Below, one piece after another: positions 39,227 through 51,598 of a stretch of DNA of 64,000 nt. The notes beneath the pieces were generated by a model. That model was not told the origin of the DNA. It worked only from the letters and a program-made list of their open reading frames with translations, and ran no database searches. The translations under genes and the position numbers were made by a program. The stretch's first letter is position 1. Each line of letters opens with the position of its first letter. The stretch is from Amphiscolops sp. MND2022 (Eukaryota), in assembly GCA_964187785.1 (NCBI GenBank), contig OZ076409.1:28398001-28462000 (forward strand). Reading direction: 5' to 3'.

Positions 39227-40332
39227 TGATGACAGGAGACAACGAATCTCCAATCGATGCTCCTGAGTTTCTCTCGGGACGAATGCCATCGAGAAGTCAT
39301 CTTCACAGATCCCATGATGCCCTCAACCCCCTGCTCGAACGACAATTTCAGCACAAGAAAGGACCGTTCCGGCCCTCGAACAAGACCCCATCAACAGGCT
39401 AGCTGATGTCTGGACAAGCATGCAGAATCGTCCAACAGCCCAACAGTTTACTATCCGCCGAGTCAACTCAAACACTATGACCTTAGACGGCAAAAGTGAG
39501 AAGTTCGAGCTGTTTGAAGATCTATTCCACACGATGATCAAGATGCAGCCTGATATATCCGAACAGAAGAAAATCAACCAATGCTCTACAAACATCCCGC
39601 AACATTAGCACAGCTAACCGACGAACTCTCGAGGACGTATTAGTCCTATTAAGACGGAAATACGTCAAACCCGAATTGAAGGCAACCGCCCAACACAAAT
39701 GGCACCGTCTGGTATTTGATCCAAATACGACAAAACTACCAGATTTCCTTAACGAGTTGAATCACGGCGCAAAAAAGGCGTTTGGAGACAACGTTCGAAA
39801 GATGATTGACAGTCTCCTATGCGCAAAACTGCCGCCAAAGCTAGAAAGATCAGTCAACATGACCAGATTGGAGAATGGCTCCTATGACGAAATCCTCGCT
39901 CATCTTGAGAGAGAATTGGAGCTTAACGATTTTGAAGAATCTGACGACCTACCAATGGCTTCAATGACTTCCACAGTCGCTAAAACCAAAACAGTCTCAT
40001 CCAATGCACAAATGAGTGACATTACATGCAACTATTGCAAGGAAAAGTGTCATATGGTCAAAGACTGTGAAAAATTGAAAATGAAAAAAAAAGATGCCCA
40101 ACAAGGCAAAACTACCGCGAAAAAAAACATATCCCAAATGCGGGACGTGTGGCAAGACGAACCACCCAGAGGAACGATGTTGACAGGGTGCCGGCGCACA
40201 TCTTAAACCTAAGCGCACTAGGCCCGAGGGTTCATCTGATAATAATCCCGACTCAAAAACCTCAAAACCCCACCAAAATCCAACATCATCCAACTCCCAG
40301 TCTTCCTCCAAGAAAGACGAATCAAAAACTAA
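38642..40332 (+). pseudogene. gag: gag, copy 2 (starts inside the LTR)
   Basis: MPTTRKQKK...; DGKSEKFELFEDLFHTMIKMQP; ATAQHKWHRLVFDP; knuckle CNYCKEKCHMVKDC and a second CGTCGKTNHPEERC. Frameshifted. Confidence 0.88.
39227..39238 (+). promoter_or_regulatory. Primer-binding site TG(A)TGACAGGAG, probably a mutated TGGTGACAGGAG; tRNA-Leu-like acceptor-stem complement (tentative)
   Basis: Lies directly after the LTR terminal CA and is absent after the solo and 3' LTRs. tRNA identity is inferred only. Confidence 0.6.
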
Positions 40333-43300
40333 CTTCACCACGACTCCAGTACGACCAACTAGACTCTGTTCGACAGTACATCAGATCGGACCCTCCAACG
40401 CAAACTTTCCACAATTATAATCAACAATTGATGGGCTACCCTTCGGTTGTCTGTTGCTGGCAGCAACAGATGGACAAAACTATCATCATTACCTATAATG
40501 ATACCTATTTGTTCCAAAAATCAAATCCTGTTTGGGACCCTGATTACACGCCTACCTACACTACAAGATTCAGGCCCATTCCCTTAATTGACGTCTACAA
40601 TCCAACATATATCAACCCAGACTGTGGCAGAGATCCCTAGTGGGACACCGAGCTCTATAACCAGGACCTAATACAATTCCAATATGTCTAGACGACATTG
40701 AGCACTATAATACAACAGTCCAGGAAAATCCTCCAATAACCCATAACAAAACAACAACAAGAGCGCTGATCGAAAATTGGCAGATGAATGACGGTACCAA
40801 CCATCCAGTGTTCCCAAATCCCTTGGGAACCGAGAATTCCGAAAACAAGGAGGAAACGACTCCACAATCATTACTCGATGAGAAACAATTCCAAAACGTC
40901 CTCATTCCCAAAGAAGGTGAACCAGACTGTATACCGTTGTCAACCAATGAAAACCTCAAATGCAAGAAGCGTATATTATATTTCTCAATGGACTTTGGGG
41001 AAGTGACCATAGACGGCCTAAAAGACACTGGGGCATTATCCAAAGCAATTCCTGAAATGGACCTCCGGAAAATTCGACTCCTTTCGCCACAATCCGTTGT
41101 CCGAGAAGGTCCGCCTCCGAACTTTCAAATCATGGTCGCAAATGGGCAATTAGCAAAATGGGCTTAGTACTATCGATCTCAAATTTGAAGTTGGTGACAT
41201 TGAGTTCCATGAAATCTTCATAGTAATGGAGAATTTGACGGGACCAATCATTGGACTAATGTTTCTTCAGAGAAACCATACAGTTTTGGACATGAGGCAG
41301 GGAATTTTTAATTTACCGTTCTTCTCGATGCAGCTCGAAACAGCTGATCACCGAAACTCCAATGTCTTGGAGCCAATCCTCAACCCGACTGAAATCACCA
41401 TTCCACCAAATGACAGAGTCCTAATCAGGACAAATCCCTTACTCTACCCTGAGAACACTGTCAGTGGCATACTGCAACCAAGCGATCCTCTACATGAAGA
41501 AGGCGACATTACCTTTTGCCCAGCTTCGGCAATATATCGATTCCTGTGAACAACTTCACAGATCACCCCTACAAACTCAAGAAAGAACTCCATATTCATA
41601 TTGCCAGTTTCTCTGTCATGATGCCAGAACAAATGAAGTACGTCAAACCGGTTGATCCGGCACCAAGAGCGGGCAGCCCATTATGTAAGCAGTCTCATCA
41701 AGACCAATAAAAACTCACAGAATACAGAAAATTCTTGGTTTCCAACTTCTGAAAACCCAAGTAACCCACAGGAGCACACACCAATCGAGAAACGAATACT
41801 ACGACTCTACAGGCCCTACAGGGCCTTGAGACTCAAGAATCGATCAAAGATGAGCAATTCATGGCAAAATTTCTAGAAAATTTTGATTGGAAAGATTCCA
41901 CTTTAACTACGGACAAAAAAAGCAAAAATTGAAGAACTACTAGAGGAATTCCACGATATTTTTGCCAGACACAGATTTGATATAGGCATGAATGAGGAAA
42001 TCAAGTTAAAAAAGACACTTAAAGACGATTCCCCAGGCTATAGTCAGAGCCTCCCAGCACCAATAAACTTAAAGGAAGACATCATAGTCGAACTAGCCAT
42101 GTTGCATAAATATAGAATAATCACTACCCTACCATTTTCGAAATACGCCAGCCCGATATTTGCGCAAAAGAAGCCAAATGGGAAACTCCGCCTCCTGGTT
42201 GACTTGAGAAAATCAACAACCTAATTTCCGATGATTATACAAACGAAAATCACCCCGTTAGTACCCTAGTTGATGACGCCCAGCATAAGGCTGGCAAAAA
42301 GCTCTTTTGTAAATTAGACTGTTCACAAGCGTATCACTGCCTTCAGATGGCCGACCAACGGTCAATTGAGATGCTAGTCTTCAACTTTGCAAGCCGTACA
42401 TTTGCCTACAGACAGTTGACACAGGGCCTTAGTAGGGCACTGTCCGCATTCTCCAGTTTCATGATGGAATACCTTGATAAAGTCATTAAAGCAGACCAGT
42501 GTGCTCAGTATGTGGACGATATCGGTATCGCAGCCAACGATGCCGACCATCTCATCGCCAACCTGAGAGCAACCTTCAAATGCATTCAGGAAGCAGGCCT
42601 TAAATTGACAATGCACAAATGTCATTTCGGTGCCACAGAAATGTATTTCCTTGGACGAACGATTACCCCACAAGGTGTCAAACCCCAAAAACAGAACGTT
42701 CAAAACTTTCTTGAAAAAACCAAAGTTCCGAAGTCAAAAAAGGCTTGACAACGGTTTTTGGGATTCTTGAATTATCATAAAAACTATGTCCCAAGACTTT
42801 CCGAACGCCTTACGCCATTCTACAAGATGCTGAAAAGTGACGAAAAGGTCCTAGTATCGAGAGAATTGGTTCAACAATTTGATGAAACCAATCGAGCACT
42901 AGACAATTGCTGCGACTTAGCCCTACAACAACCGGTTCCGAACAAACGAATTGCACTGATGACAGATGCAAGTTTTAGTGCTGCTGGATACGCAGTACTC
43001 ATAAAAGGTGACCCAAGTCAGAAAATCAGTTCAATCCGCAAATTCTATGCACCGGTCGCCTACGGATTTAAAACTTTTACCCCCGCCCAGATGAAAATGT
43101 CAATTTATGCAAAAGAATTCCTCGCGATGTACTTCGCATTCCAAGAATTGGGGCATATTTTCTGGGGCGCGCCGAAACCGGTCATCATCCTAACAGACAA
43201 AAAAGCCGTCACACGATTTTTTCAAACCAAAATTGTACCCCAAGCACTGTGGATTGCATGTGACTATGTGATTCAATTCAATTTCGTCATTGCGCACATA

Positions 43301-45504
43301 CCGGGGGCACAGAATACGGCAGGGGACTTTTTGTCCCGCCTGAAAGCTGTTCCGAAAGACAAATTAGTCATGAAACTCAGAGAGGATGTACAAACTGTAC
43401 CAAATGAAATAAATGTACAAGCAGCAGGAGTCTCACAGGAAGAGCAAATCTTCTACATGAATGATGACGATGAGATAGAAGAACAATTTTGGGCGAGGAA
43501 AGAGGCAATCAGGAAAAATCCCGCCATAGAAAAACCTGCTTTAACAATCCGAACGCTCTCCACAAATAGGGTTAAACAATAACCTGAAAAACAAGTCCCA
43601 TTACGGAAAACGAACCAGATAATCATCGAACAATCCAAAGATGCAGTACTTCTGCAATTAAAGACAAAACTCCTTCATGAAGATTACTCAGAAAAGTACT
43701 GCAACAGGATGCTCGTTACCGACATTATTCAAGCAACTTAGAACGAATTGTAGTCAAGGAAGAGATCCTTACCAGGCAATACTTCGATGAAACAGGGAAC
43801 GTAAAGTACCATCAAATTCTTCTCCCGCAGCACTTACTCCAGGAACTGCTCCAGTCCTTTCACGGGACTGCTCAAAAGCACCCTGGCACACCAAAGATGT
43901 TACAGGAGATCAGACAGAGGTATTACTACCCTAACATGGCAAAGTACGTTGAAAAGTGGGTAGAAGGGTGCGAACAATGCGCGAGGGTCAAGCGCGTCCC
44001 AAATGCAACAATTACGCCTGAACTACTTAGTTTGCCGGAATGGGACCTTGAACCCGAAGACGCCTTGCAGATTGACTTATTGCCGAATCTTCCCCAAGTG
44101 GAGGGTATGAAAATGTTCTAACTGCAATTGATGTCTCTCTCGATATCTGTTCGTTTATCCCCTTACGAACGCCTCAGCAATCAATGTAGCGAAAGTGCTC
44201 ATTGATATAATGACGAAACATGCGTATTTGCAAACAACGCTTATTACCGACAAAGGAACTGCCTTCACTTCCACGATTGTCGCGGAAATCTTGCAATTTT
44301 TGGGAATTACACTCAAAAGCGCAACAACTAAACATCCGCAAACGATCGAGAAATTGGAACGAACACATGCTTCACTGAAGACGAATCTAATAATTGCATG
44401 TTGGGAATATCGCAGACAATGGCATAAATATCTGCCATTAGCAGTTCTCATTCACAATACGAGCTATCACGCGAGCATTGGTTGTGAACAAGAAGAGTAA
44501 TCCATGGACGAGTTCCATACAATATGTTGGATCACAAACTTGGAAAAAATCCAAATGACCTGATCACTCCCAAAACTTAATTTGCGAAAGACGTCCAGAC
44601 CCGGACAAAACTCCTGATTGACAAAACAAAGCACAATACTATGCAATCCTACATTAAATACAAGGAATATTATGACCGCAAAGCAAAGCGGCACCACTGA
44701 AAAAAAATAGATTACTGTTTTGTACTGCAGCCAAAAGTGGGTCACCAGGGATCAAAGATCCCGTTCACAGATTATCGTTGCGTTGGACCATTTATAGTCC
44801 AGAAAATTCTACCTAATGAGAACTACATCGTCCACAGCCTCCATACAAATAAAACTCAGATCTTGCACCGAATTCGCCTTAAAAAGTTTGTTCCCAATCA
44901 ACAGCTTGAGGACAATTTCCGAGACGAGCGCTTGCAGCCAGACGAGAAAATTGTCATTCCGCAAGACAACTTATATACAATAACACGGGAAGCAAACTTC
45001 GGTGACCAGCTAGCTACACGAGGCAATGAGCCTATTCCGACTAGCCTGCCGAATGGCGTACAGCCGGTTACGGCAGAAAGGGATCCAAGTGACGCACACG
45101 AGAATGAAGCGGATTATATAATCACGACTGACAGTACAAATGCCGTCAACGGCGCAGTGCAAAATCAGAATGAAAAAATGAAAAGTGACGTCACCAAAAT
45201 AAATGAAGCTAGTGAAGCTGATAAAAATGAAAACTTAGATTGGCCGGATTCGGCCGTTTACCACAAAAATCAAGAACAATATTTTCCAGATCTGTCTGAA
45301 AGACAGGAAAACGATACAAATTTTTCAGAAGGAAATTCTGATAACGGAAACGATGCACAAAATTCTGCAAAAAGGGGAGTTGATATTATCGTGAGCGAAA
45401 TATCGCAAAATGATGACAGAAACGAGAGTCTGAGCCCTAAAAGAGGGAAATTTAACCTCAGGCCTAACCCTAACCCAAACTACTCAGAAGACTTTAGATA
45501 CTGA
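40330..45504 (+). pseudogene. pol: pol, copy 2
   Basis: KDTGA; CAQYVDDIGI; LMTDAS; HGTAQKHP...CEQC; QIDL, ITDKG, LERTH; VGPFIV (GPY/F); ends FNLRPNPNPNYSEDFRY*. Confidence 0.93.
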
Positions 45505-45789
45505 AAAGAATTGGATTTCGCCCAGAAACGAGCGTTATTTTGCCGTTCTTTTCTTCTATCTTTTTCGTTCTTTTTCTAGTCCCATGACAGACAGTATTTT
45601 CATTGAACTAGTAATGGGACGGCCGGAAAACCCCTTTGAACAGAATAAATACAGGGGTATAGTAGCGAAACAGAAACAAAATGAAATAAATAACACGGAA
45701 AGAAAGCAACAAGGTCTACAGTTTGGGTGTACATAGATACATATGTACATTTAGGAATTAGAAGATCCAGGGACAGTATCGTCAACTAC

Positions 45790-47305
45790 AGAAGAAGTCG
45801 CAGACCAAGACGCACTTCTTTCCATCCTTCGCCGTTTGGTATCAGTAGGGAGGGGCGTTAACGCTAACTCATCCACAACAGAATCTTTTGTCCACTGCGA
45901 GTGGAAGACTTCTTAGGGCCTGACAAAACGGCTCGATAGGAGGACTGCAATGATTTGTAGATTTTAGATCGACCAAAAGAATCAACATACTCCCAAGGGT
46001 CATAGGTGGGTGAAAAAGCTGTCCGTCCGAAGGAAGAGGAAAGGAGAGAAAGTTTCTCTAGATTAACATCATCATTGCATTGTGAGACTGAGCCAGAAAC
46101 TTGGCCCATGAAACTCTGACAGGGCAGTACTACATCCGTGAATCTACTCTGATGTCCCACAGTAGAAATTCTGTCAAGCGTGACATCGAGGTATGTAGGG
46201 CTGGGAGTAGTAATGCTCAGACAGCATAGCTTAAACAGGTAAAGGAGATGTTCTCTGTCCTGCAGGAAATCTAGGCCCATTAAGAACTCTATCAGGTCCC
46301 GGGTGGTACTAGTCAAATCGAAATCGGACCCATAACAGATTCTCAAGTGGTCGAGGAGCTGGGTATATTGGTCACGACAAAAGGATTCGTTATGTTTGAT
46401 GACCCCGGAACGAAGACAAAACTTTTGGTACAGCAAGTCAAATGTCGGAGCGCTGCATCCATGGGTTATCTCAACATATTGATCTGGTCGAAAGCTGCAA
46501 CACCTTTTATTATGTCTGCGCTGAGGCCTGTATGCCTCAATACTTCATTGATCAAGTATTGAAGGAAGTGGAGGCAATCACTAACAAAATCGGCTTTGAC
46601 CTTCTCAGCGGTCTTCAGTATGGCGGCCTTCTCCGATTTCTTCCCGAAGTGAGGCCCTTCAGCTTTGGCTTTGCTGGCATTGGCTACGTTGTTGGAAAGT
46701 TTGATACGAAGCATGAAATCTTCTGCTGTCATGAAGGTAGCATCACCCGTGTGGAAAGTTACTAGAAGGAACCAATCATTCTCTAGAGGGGCGGTATCAG
46801 GAGTGTAACTTCTGAGGCAGAGTTGATAAAGGAACCAGCTAGAGTCTCCGCACAGATAGAACGTGGCATCCCGCCTCTGCTGGAGATTCACCACAAAGCT
46901 AGACAAACCTACAAACACAGACTTAATCCTAATCAGGCCATTGGCGAACTCCTAACCCACTACTCTAAGGATACTAACTATCACTGACGTTCCGAGAGAA
47001 AAGCTCGAGCTTAACGACAAAGAATTCGTCGCAGATTAGTGTCCACTCGAAACTCTGTACCTGGAACATGAAACCCTAGTTAGAGCACCTGAACATCCAT
47101 ATGCAGCCTATAGGTGCTAGCATTCTACTAGGGGAAAGAGTCAAATTGATCGCAAATGAATGAAAGTTACTTACTCTGTCCCGAGACCCTTGTCCTACAT
47201 GCCGGGGAGCGTGCACCGTCAGGTAAAGGGTTACTGACTTCCCTTCTGTAACGAGCTCTCGGAAGAGTGTAGGGAGTCCCGAAATGTCCCATTTGCATGA
47301 AGTTA
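45790..47305 (-). pseudogene. C-terminal part of the antisense cargo gene, copy 2
   Basis: ADIIKGVAAFD, LYQKFCLR, CRDQY, HLLYLFKLCCL and YDPWEYVDSFG align with ADIVRVIASFD, IYQIFSLR, CRD*Y, HLYRLFRISCM and GDPWTHVDVFG in copy 1. Confidence 0.8.
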
Positions 47306-50189
47306 TCGCGAGAACATTCTTAATTTCCGAAGTTATCTCTTCTTTCACAGAGGCTCTCAAGCTTTCCAAGAGACTATTTTCAACTCTAGGGGATTTTGGT
47401 CTTGACGGACCGCAATGCTTACGTCCAGATCCGGGGAACAGTGATTTTCTACAACTATTGGCGAAACTAGACTTTCACTTACATTTTCACTGTTTTCTTG
47501 TTGGTTGTTTCTTCTTTTATGACTTCTTGTTGTTGACATGATGGGTGAAGAGATTGACTTTGAATTCTTATTCTGAACTGTATTTTCAACAAAGTTGATA
47601 ATTGAGATGAGAAATTGAAATATCGTAGTACAACTGATTTTCACAGGTGAAAAGACTGAGTCCCTCAACCTACAAAATGCATCGTATTTATACCCTCCTA
47701 ACATCATTTGATCACGACTATATTCATAATTTTCCTCAAACAATTAGTCTTTTCCCGTTTTTCCGGTGAAAAAAAATCATTACGATCCCAAATTTGCGTC
47801 GACATTTGGTCAAATTTTGAGACATGGCAATTCTAATATAGTATTAGTCATCAACTATGATCATATCTTTTCATTCCGGCGTCCTTTTGCTTCCTCCCAA
47901 GCAGGAAATTGATATTACTTTAGTCTGTCAAACCGGAAATGTTTCCCTGTTTTGCTGCTTTGGTTCGTAGGAAAATTGACGCGGAGATGATGCCGACGTG
48001 AACAACTAATACCTGATTTTGAATTTTTACTTAAGGAAAATGCTATGACTAATTCCTAAATTGTGGTTAATTAGACGATGCTAGGGAAGTATTTGGGTTA
48101 ACTAGAAGACAAATATTGTACTAGGAATAAGATAAACATTTACAATTATTAATACAGTAATTAGCACATTGGCAATAATTTTGGTCTGACGAGACAAGCA
48201 CGCCAAGTTTACAAACCAGAACTAAACAAAACAAAACTTCCAGTGGTGATTTCAAAAACATGAATTGGTAGCTCATTTGGAACTAATATGCAACTGAAGG
48301 GGGTTTTCTAGCAAAGTTAACAAGTCTTTGAGTTTCTCCAATTTATATGTCAGCGAGGTGACAACGTCATACAAAAATAAGCTGACAAGTTGAGAATACA
48401 AACTGTTATCAAGCAACGGGTCCTCCTCCAGCTTTGGCTTTGCTGGCATTGGCTACGTTGTTGGAAAGTTTGATACGAAGCATGAAATCTTCTGCTGTCA
48501 TGAAGGTAGCATCACCCGTGTGGAAAGTTACTAGAAGGAACCAATCATTCTCTAGAGGGGCGGTATCAGGAGTGTAAGTTCTGAGGCAGAGTTGATAAAG
48601 GAACCAGCTAGAGTCTCCGCACAGATAGAACGTGGCATCCCGCCTCTGCTGGAGATTCACCACAAAGCTAGACAAACCTACAAACACAGACTTAATCCTA
48701 ATCAGGCCATTGGCGAACTCCTAACCCACTACTCTAAGGATACTAACTATCACTGACGTTCCGAGAGAAAAGCTCGAGCTTAACGACAAAGAATTCGTCG
48801 CAGATTAGTGTCCACTCGAAACTCTGTACCTGGAACATGAAACCCTAGTTAGAGCACCTGAACATCCATATGCAGCCTATAGGTGCTAGCATTCTACTAG
48901 GGGAAAGAGTCAAATTGATCGCAAATGAATGAAAGTTACTTACTCTGTCCCGAGACCCTTGTCCTACATGCCGGGGAGCGTGCACCGTCAGGTAAAGGGT
49001 TACTGACTTCCCTTCTGTAACGAGCTCTCGGAAGAGTGTAGGGAGTCCCGAAATGTCCCATTTGCATGAAGTTATCGCGAGAACATTCTTAATTTCCGAA
49101 GTTATCTCTTCTTTCACAGAGGCTCTCAAGCTTTCCAAGAGACTATTTTCAACTCTAGGGGATTTTGGTCTTGACGGACCGCAATGCTTACGTCCAGATC
49201 CGGGGAACAGTGATTTTCTACAACTATTGGCGAAACTAGACTTTCACTTACATTTTCACTGTTTTCTTGTTGGTTGTTTCTTCTTTTATGACTTCTTGTT
49301 GTTGACATGATGGGTGAAGAGATTGACTTTGAATTCTTATTCTGAACTGTATTTTCAACAAAGTTGATAATTGAGATGAGAAATTGAAATATCGTAGTAC
49401 AACTGATTTTCACAGGTGAAAAGACTGAGTCCCTCAACCTACAAAATGCATCGTATTTATACCCTCCTAACATCATTTGATCACGACTATATTCATAATT
49501 TTCCTCAAACAATTAGTCTTTTCCCGTTTTTCCGGTGAAAAAAAATCATTACGATCCCAAATTTGCGTCGACATTTGGTCAAATTTTGAGACATGGCAAT
49601 TCTAATATAGTATTAGTCATCAACTATGATCATATCTTTTCATTCCGGCGTCCTTTTGCTTCCTCCCAAGCAGGAAATTGATATTACTTTAGTCTGTCAA
49701 ACCGGAAATGTTTCCCTGTTTTGCTGCTTTGGTTCGTAGGAAAATTGACGCGGAGATGATGCCGACGTGAACAACTAATACCTGATTTTGAATTTTTACT
49801 TAAGGAAAATGCTATGACTAATTCCTAAATTGTGGTTAATTAGACGATGCTAGGGAAGTATTTGGGTTAACTAGAAGACAAATATTGTACTAGGAATAAG
49901 ATAAACATTTACAATTATTAATACAGTAATTAGCACATTGGCAATAATTTTGGTCTGACGAGACAAGCACGCCAAGTTTACAAACCAGAACTAAACAAAA
50001 CAAAACTTCCAGTGGTGATTTCAAAAACATGAATTGGTAGCTCATTTGGAACTAATATGCAACTGAAGGGGGTTTTCTAGCAAAGTTAACAAGTCTTTGA
50101 GTTTCTCCAATTTATATGTCAGCGAGGTGACAACGTCATACAAAAATAAGCTGACAAGTTGAGAATACAAACTGTTATCAAGCAACGGG
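46660..50189. repeat. Tandem duplication, 1761-bp unit (46660-48420 and 48429-50189) with 8-bp filler TCCTCCTC
   Basis: Near-identical copies at offset 1769. One substitution seen (GTGTAACTT vs GTGTAAGTT). Confidence 0.95.
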
Positions 50190-51278
50190 CTTACACTGAT
50201 AATATTGGTAAAATAGAAAAAATATTATCATGTAACAAAATACAGTTGTTTATTCAGTATTAAATTAAAAACTGTGATTTTGTTCATGAAATGCGGAAAA
50301 ATCTCACTTAGTCTTTTTCTCAGTGTAATTTCAAATGTATAAAATTTTAGTCGGCCAAGGATAGACGCAACTTTATTAAACTTTACTTTCATCCTAGCTA
50401 CATTCGGTTCAATTTAATGATTTCCTTCACATCGTTTCCGCTAAAATCAGCGTTTATTTTGCTATTCTGGATTGGTTGAAACATTTATAATGATGGATTT
50501 GCGTTAACACGTTGACAAGTTTTCTCAGCTAGTTTGGCAAGCTGTCAAGTTTGACGAGTAGCTGACGCAAATTTCGGATCGAATTTCTGACTAGCTGCCA
50601 AGCTAGTGACGTCACGCCGACGAGTAACTTGGAATGCTTCTATTTAGTTGACTAGGTAGTGATGTAACACTGACGTCACAAGTATAGTAACATTTGCATG
50701 TACCGCCTATTTTTGTTTGTTTAACGACGCACCGACGTCCTAATTCTACTTTAATTGCTGTTCAGAGTGCAATTTAGTTGCCTTTTCTCAGAAGAGGCCT
50801 AATTTCCTCGGTGTCATCTCAATTGTACTTTCTGTTTTAGATCTGATTGACGTTTTTTCTTAGAGATAATTTGGGATATGATTTTCTATAGATTAGTTTG
50901 GGACGCTTTTTTATTCTGTTCCAAGATGCGTTTTAATTTAATTTTCAGGTGTCAAATGTTTCTATTTTGACGTAACAAAAACGTCCTACCGGAAATGCAT
51001 GAAATTGTTTTAGCTCAGTTGTTCCCTGTTTCCATTTTTATTTATAACTTGGGCAGAGTAGACGTATATATTGCATTTTCAGTCACAGTTTATTTTAGTA
51101 TTGAGTATTAGTTTAAAATTAGGTACTGAGTTACCATTTTGGAAAGCGTAGACTGCAGCTGTGCCCTCTTCCCATTGCAATGCGTCTGCATGAGCATCCC
51201 AAAACTCATGGGTCCCCAAAACCTCTTGAGCATCCCAAAACCTCATGAGAGCGAGTTCTGACTGTTGGTTGTGTATCA
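47310..51278 (-). mobile_element. 3'-truncated LTR of the second subfamily, partly duplicated
   Basis: Homologous to 31690-34170. Leader MSTTRSHKRRNNQQE...ESLRASVKEEITSEIKNVL. Probable TG start at 51278. Contains three ~19-bp GAGCATCCCAAAAC repeats near its 5' end. Confidence 0.8.
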
Positions 51279-51598
51279 TTTGGTGTGAACTAGTACCAAT
51301 TGCAGACCTCTTTACTCGCGATCCGTCACTTGCTCTAATTCTTACTCATCAATCACATCCTTTTACCCTTAACACTCGTCCAACAGATTGTCAACATCAA
51401 TCAAACCACTTTAGATCCAAACACGCATCTCAGATAATTTCCATTTGCTCCTTGAAAAAAGCCCTGTAAAATAGCTTAGCAGAAATTCCTGTTTCAAGAG
51501 ACAGCCGAAGTAAACCAGGTTCATTTTCAGAAAGTCGTTTGGAAACTACCTTTGCATCCACCTCCAATCAGCAAGAGACTAATGTTTCTGACTTCCCA

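Larger units (their letters stand above)
37291..47305 (+). mobile_element. Gypsy LTR retrotransposon copy 2 (3'-truncated within the antisense gene)
   Basis: 5' LTR, PBS, gag, pol and the C-terminal part of the antisense gene in order. Ends at a junction with an inverted LTR near 47305. Confidence 0.9.

Noticed and set aside
51279..51598. PBS and gag continuation after the LTR ending at 51599
   Set aside because: TGGGAAGTC does not match the family PBS and the translation is unrelated to family gag. Probably a flanking fragment of another element.
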